Positions 50,777 to 64,000 of a stretch of DNA of 64,000 nucleotides are shown in pieces. A program made the position numbers and the translations under genes. The stretch's first letter is position 1. The number at the start of each line of letters is the position of its first letter. The notes under the pieces were generated by a model that did no database searches, was not told where the DNA came from, and saw only the letters and a program-made list of their open reading frames with translations. The stretch covers positions 25,482,001 to 25,546,000 of the forward strand of contig NC_092347.1 in assembly GCF_963676685.1 (NCBI RefSeq), read 5' to 3'. Source of the stretch: Mytilus edulis. Its lineage: Eukaryota.

Positions 50777-53700
50777 ATAACTTCATAAAATGCGATTGAA
50801 CACAACAGTTTTCTTGCCATAAATAATCAAGGGACTAAAAGTGGACCAGTAAATCCCGGGGACAAGACTTCAACCGGAGTGTTCATGTTGCTCACAAAAG
50901 ATACAGAAGATACATAGTTACGTCGAAAAAGATTGGCGAAGACATGGCAAAAACAAACAAAAAACATCAATAAAAAAAGCAAGTTCCCACAAAAATACAC
51001 AGAAAACTCAATAGTAGTTGAAATTATCCGTACCCAAAACTGGGGGTGATATCAGGTGCTCTGGTAGGATAAGCATATCCTTCTACACTAGTGACTTCCG
51101 TTAATTTATAGTTTATAGTTAAGTATTTAGTGGACTATAATCATTGGTTAGATAAATGCGTCAGTAGTATACCACTCTTCAGAAAAAGTCATTAATCGAT
51201 TGAGTGAAAACAAATTTTAGTTACAAACTAGAAACGATTGAAACGTATCAACTATAAGAGGGATACAACGGAACAAAAGAAACACTGAACTGCAACAAAA
51301 ACGGACGCCAATATACATAGAAACAGACTATTTGATAACAAATACCATATTCCTGTCTTGTCTGTCTTGGTACAGGAAATTTTAAGAAAAAATGGTCGAT
51401 CGAACCTGTGTTTACGGCTTTTCATATTTGCATCTTTTTTCTTTTGTTCATTGTGTTGGCCGACTTTTTTCAACTTTTAGTTTTTAGTTACGTCACTTCT
51501 ATTCTCTCTTTTTATGAAAGATTGAAAAGCATCATACTTTAGATATTGTTGAAAGTGTTTCACTTTTATTCATTTCTCCCGCTTTTTATTTGATCAAATT
51601 TCAATAATGCACCGTCTCTGTTTCAATTGTAAACAAAGAAACCATAACATCAAGTTTTCATCTTTTACCAAACCACGATGCCACACATAATATACTAGTT
51701 TTAAAGGCTATTGACATTTTTTATTTACTTTTAAAACTTTTTAACTTAGCTATTTGGATCATAGAACAAAAGCAAATATTTCCTAACTGAACAGCAAAAT
51801 ATGTACTGATAGAACCCATTGTGCATAAATAAAATAAAATAATGTTACTAATATAGGTAGACATAATTGCCTATGTTGAAACATACTGTTGGTGCGAACG
51901 TGACAAAATAATCGCACGTCTAAAATATCCACAGAAATGATATGCTGCTCATAGTCATTATCCGTATTAATATTTTCATATATTATTCGTCTGTATTGAG
52001 TTGTCAGAGTGTGGTTGTTAAATATTGTATAAGTAATAGTATATCTATATAGGGATCACCAAAATGAAGCAAATTAAGAGAAATTAAAGTTAATTTTAAT
52101 GATTAACAAATGAAATTACATAGAAAATTGACACTATCAGTATGACCATCTTTGACCTCGCTTAAGATACCAACAGGTTCAATGGTAATTCTACACACTA
52201 CTTTAACTTCTTAACCATATCTTGTTAAGGATTGTTATTTCATTAATGCAACAAATGAATAACTCACTGGATTTAAGAAAAAACATCATCGATATCTACC
52301 CATATCATCAATTACATACACAGGTTCGTATCAATTAGTAAAGAAATCTGACGTTTACACCTAGATCGTACATAGCACTTTTGTAAGGCAATAACTGTGA
52401 TGAACTAATACGGATAAGCACATATCTTACACGGGAAGGCAATAGAAATCCATAAGAACAGACACCAAAATATATATTTTGCAATCAATTCTGTTCTTTG
52501 GCAGTTCAGAAGTTTAAATGAGTAATGCATTTCTAAATACTTTATAAGATGAAGTGTATTGTAATAAGTTACAGTAGATTTCTAAAAACACAATGAGTTT
52601 GTCAAAATACAAAATTAAAGTGTCGTCGTTTGAATGATAAATTCAAATATTTTCTGCTGAATTGTATTTCTCATCAGAAGTACATGGTAACCAGTAATCT
52701 TATTATTTAAAAAAAAATAAAAATAAAGATAAAACACAAATCTTCAACCCATGTTACAGGCTTATATAAACCAACTCAGTTTCTATATTAGGAAACAAAT
52801 CAGCAGTCAAAGCTTATCAGATCTAAATATACCATAGAACCATGGAAACATAACAAATATAGCTGAGAGAATATACAAAAACCAAAGAAAGATCAGATAA
52901 TGTTGTCCTTCGAATTAAAATAAATCCCTCTAAATTAGTAAACATTGATCCATTGATAAAACGAATCCTTAAAATGACTGTCTCATTCCAATGAAGATTA
53001 TGGATATTTTGGAGTTAGATATTTCACAACGCTTCATTTAATTTTAAATCAAGTCTACTTTGTCCATAAACAATGATAAAATTAAATAACCTTCAAAAAA
53101 GGGTGTAGCCGTCCCTATTTTAACATATCCATTCATAAAAATGTATTCATCAATGTCAATATTGTATGAAAGTTTCAAATGATTGGAATTTGGTGTTTTG
53201 TTCATTGCTCAAATAATTTGTCTGTGTCCCTTTTACGCTTCCGTATGTTACATGGTCATGAGACGAGACAATTATTAAAAGATATTTTTTAATGAATGTT
53301 TGACCTTTAATCGATGTTAAAAACCTTTTGGTTTCAACATCCAAAACACCATACATGACGTTTTCCCTGATTTCACAGTTAGAGTTCTGAGTCAAAGAAT
53401 GTAGTTTAATACTTATCATGTATGTAATTCAAACTGTTAAAACGTCTCCCTTTATATTAAAAAAACACTACAAACCATCGATTTAAAAACTGTTAAATTT
53501 AAGATATTTTTAGCCTTGACGTTTTTAACAGACACATTTTACAATTAAAATAAAAAAAAGATTATAGTCTTCAATGTTTATACTTTTTGTAATTAAAACC
53601 ATTTGAGATATTTTGCCTAATAAGTTTATTTTAAAATTAGTAATCAGTAATCAGTATAAGTCAAATAATTATAAGTATGACAGGTTTTCGTCTTGTGTTT

Positions 53701-55934
53701 TTTTTTATTGTGTTTCATATCCCCCTTTTGTTAATTCAAAAAGAAAGAACCGGATATGGGTAGGAGCTTTGATTAATGAGAACAATAGTTTGATTGGTAT
53801 ATCCATTAAAAATATAATGCTATCATATTACCCGCACATCATACAGAATTGTCGAGTATAATGTCATTGCGACATCATAAATTTGCAATTTTATGAATAC
53901 TGTATCCCAAACGACCTTTTCAGAAACAGTAGTTTGTCTGTTCATCCTTCTATTTCTTACAATTTTATCAGACCTCCTCATATGCCTTCGAAATTTTCTT
54001 TAAATTTTATCTTAAATCCAACCCATCTGTACTCTTTTTTTCAGTAAATGAACATGATTGTGTATGTGATTAAATTGATGGATTATCAATTATTAATCGA
54101 TCTAAAATCAATAGGGTTATAAAAAACAGATAGTTCGACTTTGCTTCTAACCTGACATGTCAATAAATTGTGATAAATCATGCTTTCAATTTGAACTGTG
54201 AACTAAGAATATACTATAATGTTTTCTTGAGCCTGTCAGTCCAAAGTCGGTTACATTCTTGTTTACTTTGCCTTGTAAACATATTTTCATATGGAAACCT
54301 TCAAACTGTTTTAAATACTTTGGGTTAAAATAATTGTAAATATAGGTAACAGTTTACCGATATTCAAGTATGTTACAATGTAAACAATGTCATTTGTAAT
54401 AAGCAGTATGATAGAAAATATGATAAATAGTTACAAACAGAACTCAGAGAATAGCAACGACAGATGAATCGAAAAATGTATTGTAAAAACCTTGAATGGT
54501 AACCATAGTCTTTTCAATGCCCATTTTCTTGTCAGATTTACATAAGCATAAACTTCTTAAAGGGAACTGTGTCTGCGAAAAATAACCCGAAATTGTGACC
54601 TTAAATAAAGGCGACTGTAGTATACCGCTGTTCAAAAGTCATTGCAGGAAGATAATATGAGTCTTGATCAAGTTTATTCTCCTTTCGTTGTATTTTCTTT
54701 GGAAATTCTCTCAGTTGAAACAAGCTTTTTAAAAGTCACCTTTATTGTGCACATTTTTATAATTATATTGATACGTTGCTTCTTTTCGAGGAAAATCATT
54801 TTTTTTTTTTAAATCATCAACAAATTAGAAATGAAAATCCGAAAAAGTAAAAGACAATTAAGCAATTTACTACACTAAAAAGAACCAACAGGATATCAGT
54901 CAGCAAGACAGATAACTGAAAAACAAACATTGACCAAAACGCAACCCACCAAAAACTGGGTTTTTTCTCATAAGTATCAAATGAAGCTGGAAATAACACC
55001 AATTGTGTTTCTCCTGTCTAGATTCGTCAATGAAATATATCTGGTGATACGTCACACAATAGAAAATTGGTCAATATATCATTCCTAAGAATACTAACTC
55101 ATCCATGATTACGAATTCATCAATCAAGTTTGTATATAAATTAATCTACTCTCTTATATAATCGAACATATATTTTTGAAATAGTTACAACTTTGTTCTC
55201 CAAAAAGAATAGAGAAGACCATTACATTACGATCCAACAAATACATTGAATAAAAAAACAATATGATATACAACAAAGGATACTACAGCAATGCAACATG
55301 ATTCACTTTAAAGCAAACTATGAGTAAAGTTGATGCTGAGGAAGGAAAATTAGTGCTTGCTCAATAAGTGGAACCTAGCGTGTTGTCAAAGACAAGTTAC
55401 AATCTAGTAATAATACATTGTATTTGATGATATTATCTAGAGGGAGAAGTGGACAATCATAAATTTTTAGCTTCGATAATTCAAACATAAACGTGGTCAT
55501 TTACGAAACATATTTTCAACAATGATCTATCAAATAATTAAGGAGTCCATATCATAAATATACCAAATATATGACTTTAACTATATAATGAAGAATCCTA
55601 CTTTCAAAAGTCCACTCCTGACCAACACTGTCAGCGTATAGATGTAGAAACACATGTGGACACGGGAAAAATTCCGTTTTCATTTACATCAGATTTATCA
55701 GTAGATTAAGCAGTTAGGTTCTTACTTAAAGATAAATTAAAAAACAAAATCTGACATATATACCCAATTTTATATTGAAACAGATTTAAGCTACAATTAA
55801 TGGGTCGAACTATGTTTTTCAAAACTTGACACCAAACATTAAAATGAGCGTGTAGATGGAAAAACAACGCCATGCCAATTAAGGAGAAATGATCACAAAT
55901 TCCTTTTGTGACGAACTTAACCCTGACTAGCTAA

Positions 55935-56760
55935 ATAGAGGCAGCCGTAGTATACTGCTTTTCGAAATTCATAAATCGATATTGAGAAAAAAGTCCCGGT
56001 TTCAAACTAAAACTGAGGGAAACACAACAAAAAGGAGAGGAGAACAACGACACAACAGAAACACAACACTAAAATGCAACACACACAGAAACGAACTATA
56101 ATATAACAATGACCATTTTCCTGACTTGGTACAGGACATTTTAAGAATGGTGGATTGAACCTGGTTTTGCGGATAGCCAAACCGCTCACTTTATGGCAAT
56201 ATTAAATATAACCCTAAAATGACACCATTACATGACGGGAATACAGTACAAATAAATTCAAGAACATTCAGGACAGAAAATTAGTCAAATAAACAATACA
56301 ATATAGTACATTTCGACAACGAAACAACAGAAACACTGAGGTGAACAAAAAAACAAACGACAATGCAACACATACAGAAACAAACTATTCAACAACAATT
56401 GCAATTTTCCTTACTTGGTACAGGACATGCTTTTAGAAGAAAAAAAATGGTGGATTGAAACTGGTTTTGTGGCTATATCTATTATATTTTGATAATAATT
56501 TTTAGTAAATGTGTTTTGTCATCAGAATCCGGGAACATGTCAGAATTACATTTTTAAAAACAATACTCAAATGATGACGGTCCATATACATTAAACTCAA
56601 ACAAAATCGAACAGGTAAATAAAGGCAACTGAAGTATACCTCTGTTAAAACGATTGAGAGAAACAAATCTGGGTAACAAACTAAAACAGCGAGAAACGCA
56701 TCAACTATAAGAGGAAAACAACGAACTAACAGAACACAGAAGTGCAACAAAAAACAAACA
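55935..56760. repeat. Cluster of dispersed-repeat fragments (aaactaaaactgagggaaac...cctgacttggtacaggacat family)
   Basis: Three partial copies here; relatives at 51160-51420, 38805-38850 and 54600-54640. Confidence 0.65.
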
Positions 56761-57481
56761 GCTTACACATTTAATTTCAGGGCATTTTTATACATAGTAT
56801 TTCTTTCGTATGGATAAGATTTCTTATCTTATAATAAAACAAATAATGAAAGTAAAAAAAATTACCTGCCTATCTTATGAATAATTTAGATTTAAATTTG
56901 CTTGAACGTGTTCAGTGTCAGGTCAAAGCGAGACAATCATGAATAAAATGAGGATAAATAATGAGCAATGTTTTTAATGTGATATTCATACAGTATCGTA
57001 ATATTATCACAATTATTAACTAATATCGTAAACAATACTGATGACGTACTCTTGTTTCTTAAATATATTTTTCTGAAAATGTATTAGCAAAAACAGCTGA
57101 TTAGTTTGTTTAGTATTCTAAAGTCTTAAATTAATTCAAATTTTAAAACTACCGCATTCACTCAATATATGCACAATTGGACAATTCAAAATGTATCTTC
57201 AGTGATTATATAGGCCAAAATGTGTTAAAGTGAAAAATATCATACAAACGGTGAAGAAGACAAAAACAAATCCCACCCCTAAAAAAAGAAATCAGAGCTA
57301 TGAACGAGGGGTACATATTTATTTGATTCAGTTTTGTAAGATCTAGTACAAAATCATGAATCCAATCTTTATGTTTTACAGTAATATATTTTTTTTGACA
57401 TTTCTGCACTTAACACTTCTATTCCCAATTCTTAATTAAAAGATCAATTACATCGTCTCAGCAAACAGTGTCTTTTTTTAT

Positions 57482-58700
57482 TGCATAACTGGAAAACGAA
57501 GATCAAAACATCTTTCTTTAGGTAATGTAAAATCTAAATGTATAAAGAACTGCACTGAATCCAAAAACACGTACACTGAGGAAGATATCATCAATATGCT
57601 GGATTTGTTTTTACTGGCAACATGTTTATCCAGCCGGTATTCCAATAAAATTGAGAATGGAAATGGGGAATGTGTCAAAGAGACAACAACCCGACCAAAT
57701 AAAAAACAACAGCAGAGGGTCACCAACAGGTCTTCAATGTAGCGAGAAATTCCCGCACCCGGAGGCGTCATTCAGCTGGCCCCTAAACAAATATATACTA
57801 GTCCAGTGATAATGAACGCCATACTAATTTCCAAGTTGTACACAAGAAACTAAAATTAAAATAATACAAGACTAACAAAGGCCAGAGGCTCCTGACTTGG
57901 GACAGGCGCAAAAATGCGGCGGGGTTAAACATGTTTGTGAGATCTCAGCCCTCCCCCTATACCTCTAACCAATGTAGAAAAGTAAACGCATAACAATACG
58001 CACATTAAAATTCAGTTCAAGAGAAGTCCGAGTCTGATGTCAGAAGATGTAACCAAAGAAAATAAACAAAATGACAATAATACATAAATAACAACAGACT
58101 ACTAGCAGTTAACTGACATGCCAGCTCCAGACTTCAATTAAACTGACTGAAAGATTATGATTTCATCATATGAACATCAGGCACAATCCTTCCCGTTAGG
58201 GGTTTAGTATCATACCATCATAACATATATGAGAAGAACATAACCCGTGTCATGCCAACAACTGTTTTTAAAATAAATGTGTTTAGTTCCGATGCAAAGA
58301 CCTTATCAGTGACTCAATATTAACGCCAAAATATGCAATCTTTAATGACTTGACAACAGTATCGTAATTATATCCCTTCTTAATAAGTCTATTCAAAGGT
58401 TTTGTAAGTTTCTGAGGTGAATACTGACACCTTTGTGCTTTATAAAGAATGTATACAAGTTCTGCACTAATACTGGTCAATTTCTTTTTTTTTTAAATAT
58501 ATGAAGCAAAATTCAATAAAAAAAAATGTAAAGAAACATACTGCAAAGTTGTTCAATTTATCATTCAGATATAGTGATGTCTTGTAACTCAATTGGCCAC
58601 ATTTAAGTGGGTGTTTGCATCTCATATTTTCCATCATTATATCTAGATTTTATTTCGACATTGACACAGATAGACACCAGTACCTATGACACACTCGATA
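57482..58700 (+). mobile_element. Old PLE RT-core fragment (+) interrupted by a younger antisense PLE insertion
   Basis: Left part reads GKRRSKHLSLG...KNTYTEEDIINMLDL. Removing the insert restores ggtattccaATGtataca = GIPMYTSSALIL (cf. GIPMGTNCAPLL), followed by AKLFNLSFRYS. Confidence 0.7.
57647..58447 (-). mobile_element. Young 5'-truncated PLE-family insertion (ORF C-terminus plus 3'UTR)
   Basis: Minus-strand ORF end ILYKAQRCQYSPQKLTKPLNRLIKKGYNYDTVVKSLKIAYFGVNIESLIRSLHRN*; AAT on both sides (57644-57646, 58448-58450). Confidence 0.78.
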
Positions 58701-59892
58701 GTTTCATGCGATTTCTCGAGTATTTGTTTGTTAACATGAATTGCCTTCGATGAATGAGAGAGAATGCTGCTGCCTAATTTTATTATAGCAAATACCAATA
58801 ATAAAACATCTGTATTATATTCCTGTCAGCACTGTAGTACTGAACTGTCATGCTTTTGATACATTCGTGCGCTAACAGTGCCCCCAACTGCAATTCATCG
58901 ACCGGGATGAGGAGGGGGAGGAAGGCAGACATAAATGGCGATCGATTCCTTGTTTTCAAAGACTTTCTAAGTTTTATCACTGCAAATCGAGCGTAGACTA
59001 AACACTCGTCTGGCATGTACAATTTAATCCTAGTATCTATGATGAGTTTATTTACAATAGTAACGAAGTACTAAGCAACCGTGCTAGTGATACCTCCTGG
59101 CTAACAGTATACCAACAGATTGATCCACCAAGAGTGTAGCAATAGAATGGAGAAACGTCTTCGTTTAATAACAGCAAATTTCAACAAAATGTATACCCGT
59201 ATTTAGAATAACTAGGATTGAAATGTTAAATTTTTAATTCGCTTAATTTTCTATGATGCATGCAGTTAAGATCACTTTTTTAATAATGTAATCCATTGTT
59301 ATTAGAGAATGTTCCAAACAAATATTAGATTCCACGAATGGAGTTCAACCTGGATACTTACTGTCTTTATCGATCGATCATGCAGCATTTACATTAAATT
59401 AAGTAATGGTTGAAAAGATAAGTTGACTATTACAAATACAGCTTTTCAAAGTTGTATGTGTTCGTATATGCAAGAGTCAAATCTTTTTTCAGTCCCAAAA
59501 GTGTGTCATTTCCTCAAATCAATGCCCTTTTCGTGAAGTTATGAAATTCATATAGGTGATACTTTTAACATGTGGCGTCAATTTTCTAAATATCTGCCCT
59601 TTGATTTCACCTCAAGTCTTTTTGACCATTTAGTCATCTAAAGCCGAATTTGATTATTCGATGAAGATTCAAAAGGTATAGGAAGAGTATCAAATCTCTT
59701 TAAAAAAATTTAGTGCAGTGTTTTGTAGGTTTGTGTTTTACCATCATTGTTTTTTTTTTCTTCAAAAGATATGTTTGTTTTGTCTTTTTGGTGTCTCACG
59801 TTTTTTTATTACTTCGTTTACCATACAAAGACCTACTTATATTTTTATAATGTCTTATAGTTTTATACGCTTTGACAGGGCGACTTATGTCT

Positions 59893-60244
59893 CACCACTG
59901 GGTCGATGCCACTGCTGGTGGACGTTTCGTCCCCGAGGGTATCACCAGCCCAGTAGTCAGCACTGCAGTGTTGACATGAATATTAATTATATGGTAATTT
60001 TTATAAATTTCCTGTTACAAAACTTTGAATTTTTCGAAAACCTAAGGATTTTCTTATTCCAGGAATAGATTACCTTAGCCGTATTTGGCACAACGTTTTA
60101 GAATTTTGGGGTCCTCATTGCTCTTTAATTTTGTACTGGTTTGGCTTTATAACTATTTTGATCTGAGCGTCACTGATGAGTCTTATGTAGACGAAACGCG
60201 CGTCTGTCTTATTAAATTATAGTCCTGGTACCTTTGATAACTAT
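59893..60244 (+). mobile_element. Retrozyme monomer with hammerhead at 60167-60210 (core intact, stem I weakened)
   Basis: gcgtcaCTGATGAgtcttatgtagacGAAAcgcgcgtCtgtctt; body collinear with 5510-5871. Confidence 0.88.
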
Positions 60245-61267
60245 CTAACCATTAACCATTATAAATAATATAATAGCCCAATGACTCAGTTGGTCAAAAC
60301 ATGACCAAGTAAAACAGTTAGAACTGTTGGTGAAAAGAACTTCGAATTTGAATAGAAAGAACATAGATGTGTGTTTTCTATGACGCATATTGAAGTGTTT
60401 CGATTTTACTTACGTGAATCTACTTTTATCTAAAGTATATATTTTTTGAATCCATGTTTTTGGAGATGAATTTTATAATGTGAATGGCTGTTATTATTGA
60501 TTACCTTATTGACAGTTTGCTTTGTCTGTGTTGTTTCTAATTGATCTTTTGCAATTCGATATAATAATTTACTTTATGCATTGCGTATTTAATGCATGTT
60601 TAATTACATAGCTACATGAACTTAACTCAAGTATGTAGTCAGTATGCCAGTGTGTTGAAACTATCTATCTATCAGCGGATCAAGTACTTGTATCCTTTGA
60701 AATGCATTGTACTTTCTTTTGTATTGTATTGTATTCTTTTACTAGTAACAGTGGCTTTTTGTTGTCTGTAATGTCGATATTATTGACAAAAATTTACGTC
60801 ATGGTTTTTATTTGTCATTTGATTTTTCCCTTTGATTAGGGACTTTCCGATTGAATTTTCCTCGGAGTTCAGTATTTTTGTGATTTGACTTTTTTCATGT
60901 TTAAAGGTTCAAATAAATGTTTATTGTGCATAAAAAATGAAAGGAAAGGTAGAACAACTAATACACCACATATAAATAATAGGTATCGAGTTATAAAATA
61001 GTTATCAAAGGTACCAGACTTATAATAAAAGATATGCATATGTTCCACAATTATAGACGTTTACACCTCGAGTCAAGCTATAGTAACTCGTCACGATTCT
61101 AGACAAGACGTATGCGATATGTTACAAACCTGCTCGTGCATTTTTCATTGTTATTCAACACAAAATAATTATCTAAGATACCTGGGACGATCTCATTTCA
61201 CAAAGGATTTCTTTTGTCTACTTATTGTACCTCGAACTTATTTACCCGGTGTAGGTCTTTAATTATA

Positions 61268-61364
61268 GGTTAGACAATACTTGGTCATGTTTTATGAAGA
61301 TTTAAGCCCAAGGCGAAGCCGAGGGCTTAAATCTTCATATAGCATGACCAAGTATTGTCTGACC
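61268..61364. repeat. ~97-bp near-perfect hairpin (miniature palindromic element)
   Basis: agacaatacttggtcatg..atgaagatttaagccc-aaggcgaagccga-gggcttaaatcttcat..catgaccaagtattgtct. Confidence 0.88.
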
Positions 61365-62379
61365 AATTTAGAACATATTCACACTTTCGAGTGACCTAAC
61401 AAAACTATTCTTTCCCATTGTCATATTCAAACCTAAACAAGAGTTCACTTTTTATAATTAACTAAATATAAAACATAGGTAAAGATCATTTCAATGGATG
61501 AAATGAAATAGCACTGACATAGTTTGTGAAGGATAAATTGTTTTTCTTCTGCTTCAGGTAAAATTTAATTCTTATATATCTTTAGATTTTTTTATTCTAA
61601 AAAGCAACACAATGTAATATAAATCCCCTTTTTGAAATTTGATTTTTTTTTAAATATTAAACTCTCTGTATGAATATTTGAATTCAGACCATTCAACATT
61701 AAATGCTTACTTTTTATTGATAAATTTAAAAGTATTGTGTTTCTCCGAAAACAATCCTTTGCTTTATATATCAGCAGTCTGGCATTGTGTTTTTTTGAAA
61801 GAAAGGGAAAATAATTCCCTCAAATGTAAGGTATATAAATTAAATAAATGTAATTTTATCCTTACCAATTTTTTGTTTGTGTATTCTATATATGTGTACC
61901 ATTAGAAAATGCATGAAATTTTGCAAAATTCAAAATGTTTTATTTTAATCTTTACTCTTCCATCTTTAATCAGCAGGCTATTTTCCCAAGGAAAATGCCT
62001 TAGGGGATTGTACACTTTGTTAGTGCAGCTATTAAGAGTTCACTTTCATAATTAACTGACAATGAAAAGTCATTCATGTAAAGCATTTCATAGTGCATGG
62101 AAAACCATGTACTATGAAAATTAGAGGGCAAAAAACTGACTTTTCATTGGACGAGAAAGGGTGAGTATGTTCTAAGTTGAGGTTGAATTTACTTAAAGTT
62201 AATCGGGCCTGACTAATTAGACACGCCCTCTTAAAATCAGGGGGTCCGAAATAGGAAAATAAAATCAATATTCAGGACGATAACATGTAAATATAAGTTT
62301 TTTACTAGACTGACCCGCTGAGTCGGGTTTTTTTTTATCGTGTAAGTTCACAAGATATATAATTTAGTTCGTAGGAAGA

Positions 62380-62575
62380 AAAGTCACCCGACCCGGATAC
62401 ATTTCCGACTCTGAGCCGGTCAGTCTGTGCTCTTACTCTATGGTGCTACGTGTTTATCGTTGAAATAGAATACCAATTTAATTAACGTATTTGTTTGACC
62501 CGTTAGGAATTCGAACAAATGACCTCCCCCTCTCGAGGCGAACACCCCACACGAGACCAACCAGGAGAGCGGTAG
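62380..62575 (-). mobile_element. Degenerate tRNA-derived SINE (possibly V-SINE type)
   Basis: Minus-strand head ...ttggtctcgtgtggggtgttcgcctcgagagggggaggtcatttgttcgaattcctaacgggtcaaac resembles a Pol III tRNA head followed by a SINE body. Confidence 0.5.
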
Positions 62576-64000
62576 TGATCGGTAGTACAGAATATTATAC
62601 CAAAAACTGAAGCACAATAGACAATACAGATTCACAGAATTCTCACAGTTACTAAAGCGAGCTAAAAGTATCTAACCTAAATTGTATGCGTGAAATGATA
62701 TTGTAAACTACACGTAAACATCGATGATCGACTTCAGGGTAGATTTTATGGATTAACGCTCTCGGCAAATTAAAAAGTCTTGCACCTATTATTTGAGTGG
62801 TCCGAATGTGGCCAGCTGTTGTAAGTCTAAATTTCTGTCCTTATTCAATATAATTATCCTCATTTTCCAGTGGTGTTTTAAAGTTTCACGTCCAACCTCA
62901 CTGTCGATCTCCTATTGCACGACCTACCTATTGTATTTAAAATGTATGTGTTATAGTCATTTTAAACATGCATGAAATATTTGCTACTGGACATAAAGCA
63001 AACAGCAATCAATCAACTGAATTTATTTCTCTGTACTAGTACTTAGCACACAAATACAAGATCTTGTAAAATGCTGTAATGTACAATTTCTATTTAAATT
63101 TTTATGTTTTTTTGGTGTTTTTTTTTCTCTTCAATATAGTACATGATAACTGACTCTTACTAAAAAGTTTTATATATATTTTTTTCTATGGTTATTATCT
63201 ACTGTTTTAATACGATTTATAACATATGATTTTTTTATCAGGCAACTGAAGGATAAAACTAAGAACGATAAAAGGTTTTTTTCAGATGTTTTTGCTTCTT
63301 TAGACATGAAAAAGGAATAACGGACGACTAAATTAAAGAGTTCGTTTTCATATAATACATTGAACTTGCGAATATATCTCCCTAACACGTTTTGATCGGG
63401 CCAGTGAAACCTAGTTTAAAACAGTTTTATTCATTGAAGTTTGCATGCATAGTTTTTATTTAAAAGTAAACAAATAAGGAAAGATCTATTAATTAATTGG
63501 ACTGAATAGACAAAACTAATTATTTTGCATTCGCATGTAAAGTAATGTAGGAAAATTACCGAATCGGAAACTTAATGAACATTTACAGGATGAATACTGT
63601 GAAAGACCTTATGCATTTATGTCTAAAAGTTCTAAAACAAGCTTTTCTAAGGTCTGATCTTTACGAATCTATTTCATGACTACTGACAGATAAAAAAACG
63701 TCAAGTATATATAACATGAAGTTGTTGGGCAGTATATTTATTGGTCAGTTATAAATGAGGTCTGTATGGGATTTTGAATGCCTCATTGATTAAATAAGAA
63801 ATCGTTATTTTGAAAAGTTTGATAAAAAATATAAATTTAGCCCCTAATTTTGTAAAACTATCATTTGTTGATTCATATTTTAATGATAAAACAAATTATG
63901 ATAAATACAACACATTAATTGTATATATATCAGTCTGCGTACTGTTTAACTATCATATAAGTTTAACATATTTAGACTCGTCCAATTCAGGGGAATTATG

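Noticed and set aside
52100-55850. Possible very old minus-strand PLE remnants (also 9806-10060, and an RTE-like piece at 47330-47540)
   Set aside because: Only faint motif resemblance by eye; needs a profile search before it can be called.
62311-62337. Hairpin plus T-run resembling a rho-independent terminator
   Set aside because: Eukaryotic context with no upstream gene; probably chance.

Overview
AT-rich, intron-containing animal genomic DNA. The repeat families suggest a bivalve, most likely a Mytilus mussel (inference). Two protein-coding loci are supported: the terminal exon of a C1q-domain-containing gene (2269-2708, +), and a single coding exon for a ~431-aa low-complexity/coiled-coil protein (43445-44740, +) that has a 5'UTR exon and an upstream RFX/forkhead motif cluster. 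Most other ORFs in the supplied track look spurious or are transposon fragments. The main non-coding signal is a family of ~360-nt non-autonomous retroelements (retrozymes) carrying minimal type I hammerhead ribozymes with a palindromic stem III. There are about a dozen copies or fragments in two subfamilies, and most end at the same 3' point about 40-46 nt past the cleavage site. They sit among many fragments of Penelope-like reverse transcriptase elements. About 11.5-34.3 kb is a diverged ~11-kb tandem segmental duplication, plus a partial third copy. Comparing the copies reveals empty sites for a non-autonomous Helitron, a 705-bp foldback element, a MITE, SINEs and retrozymes. All calls were made by eye, and repeat boundaries are approximate.
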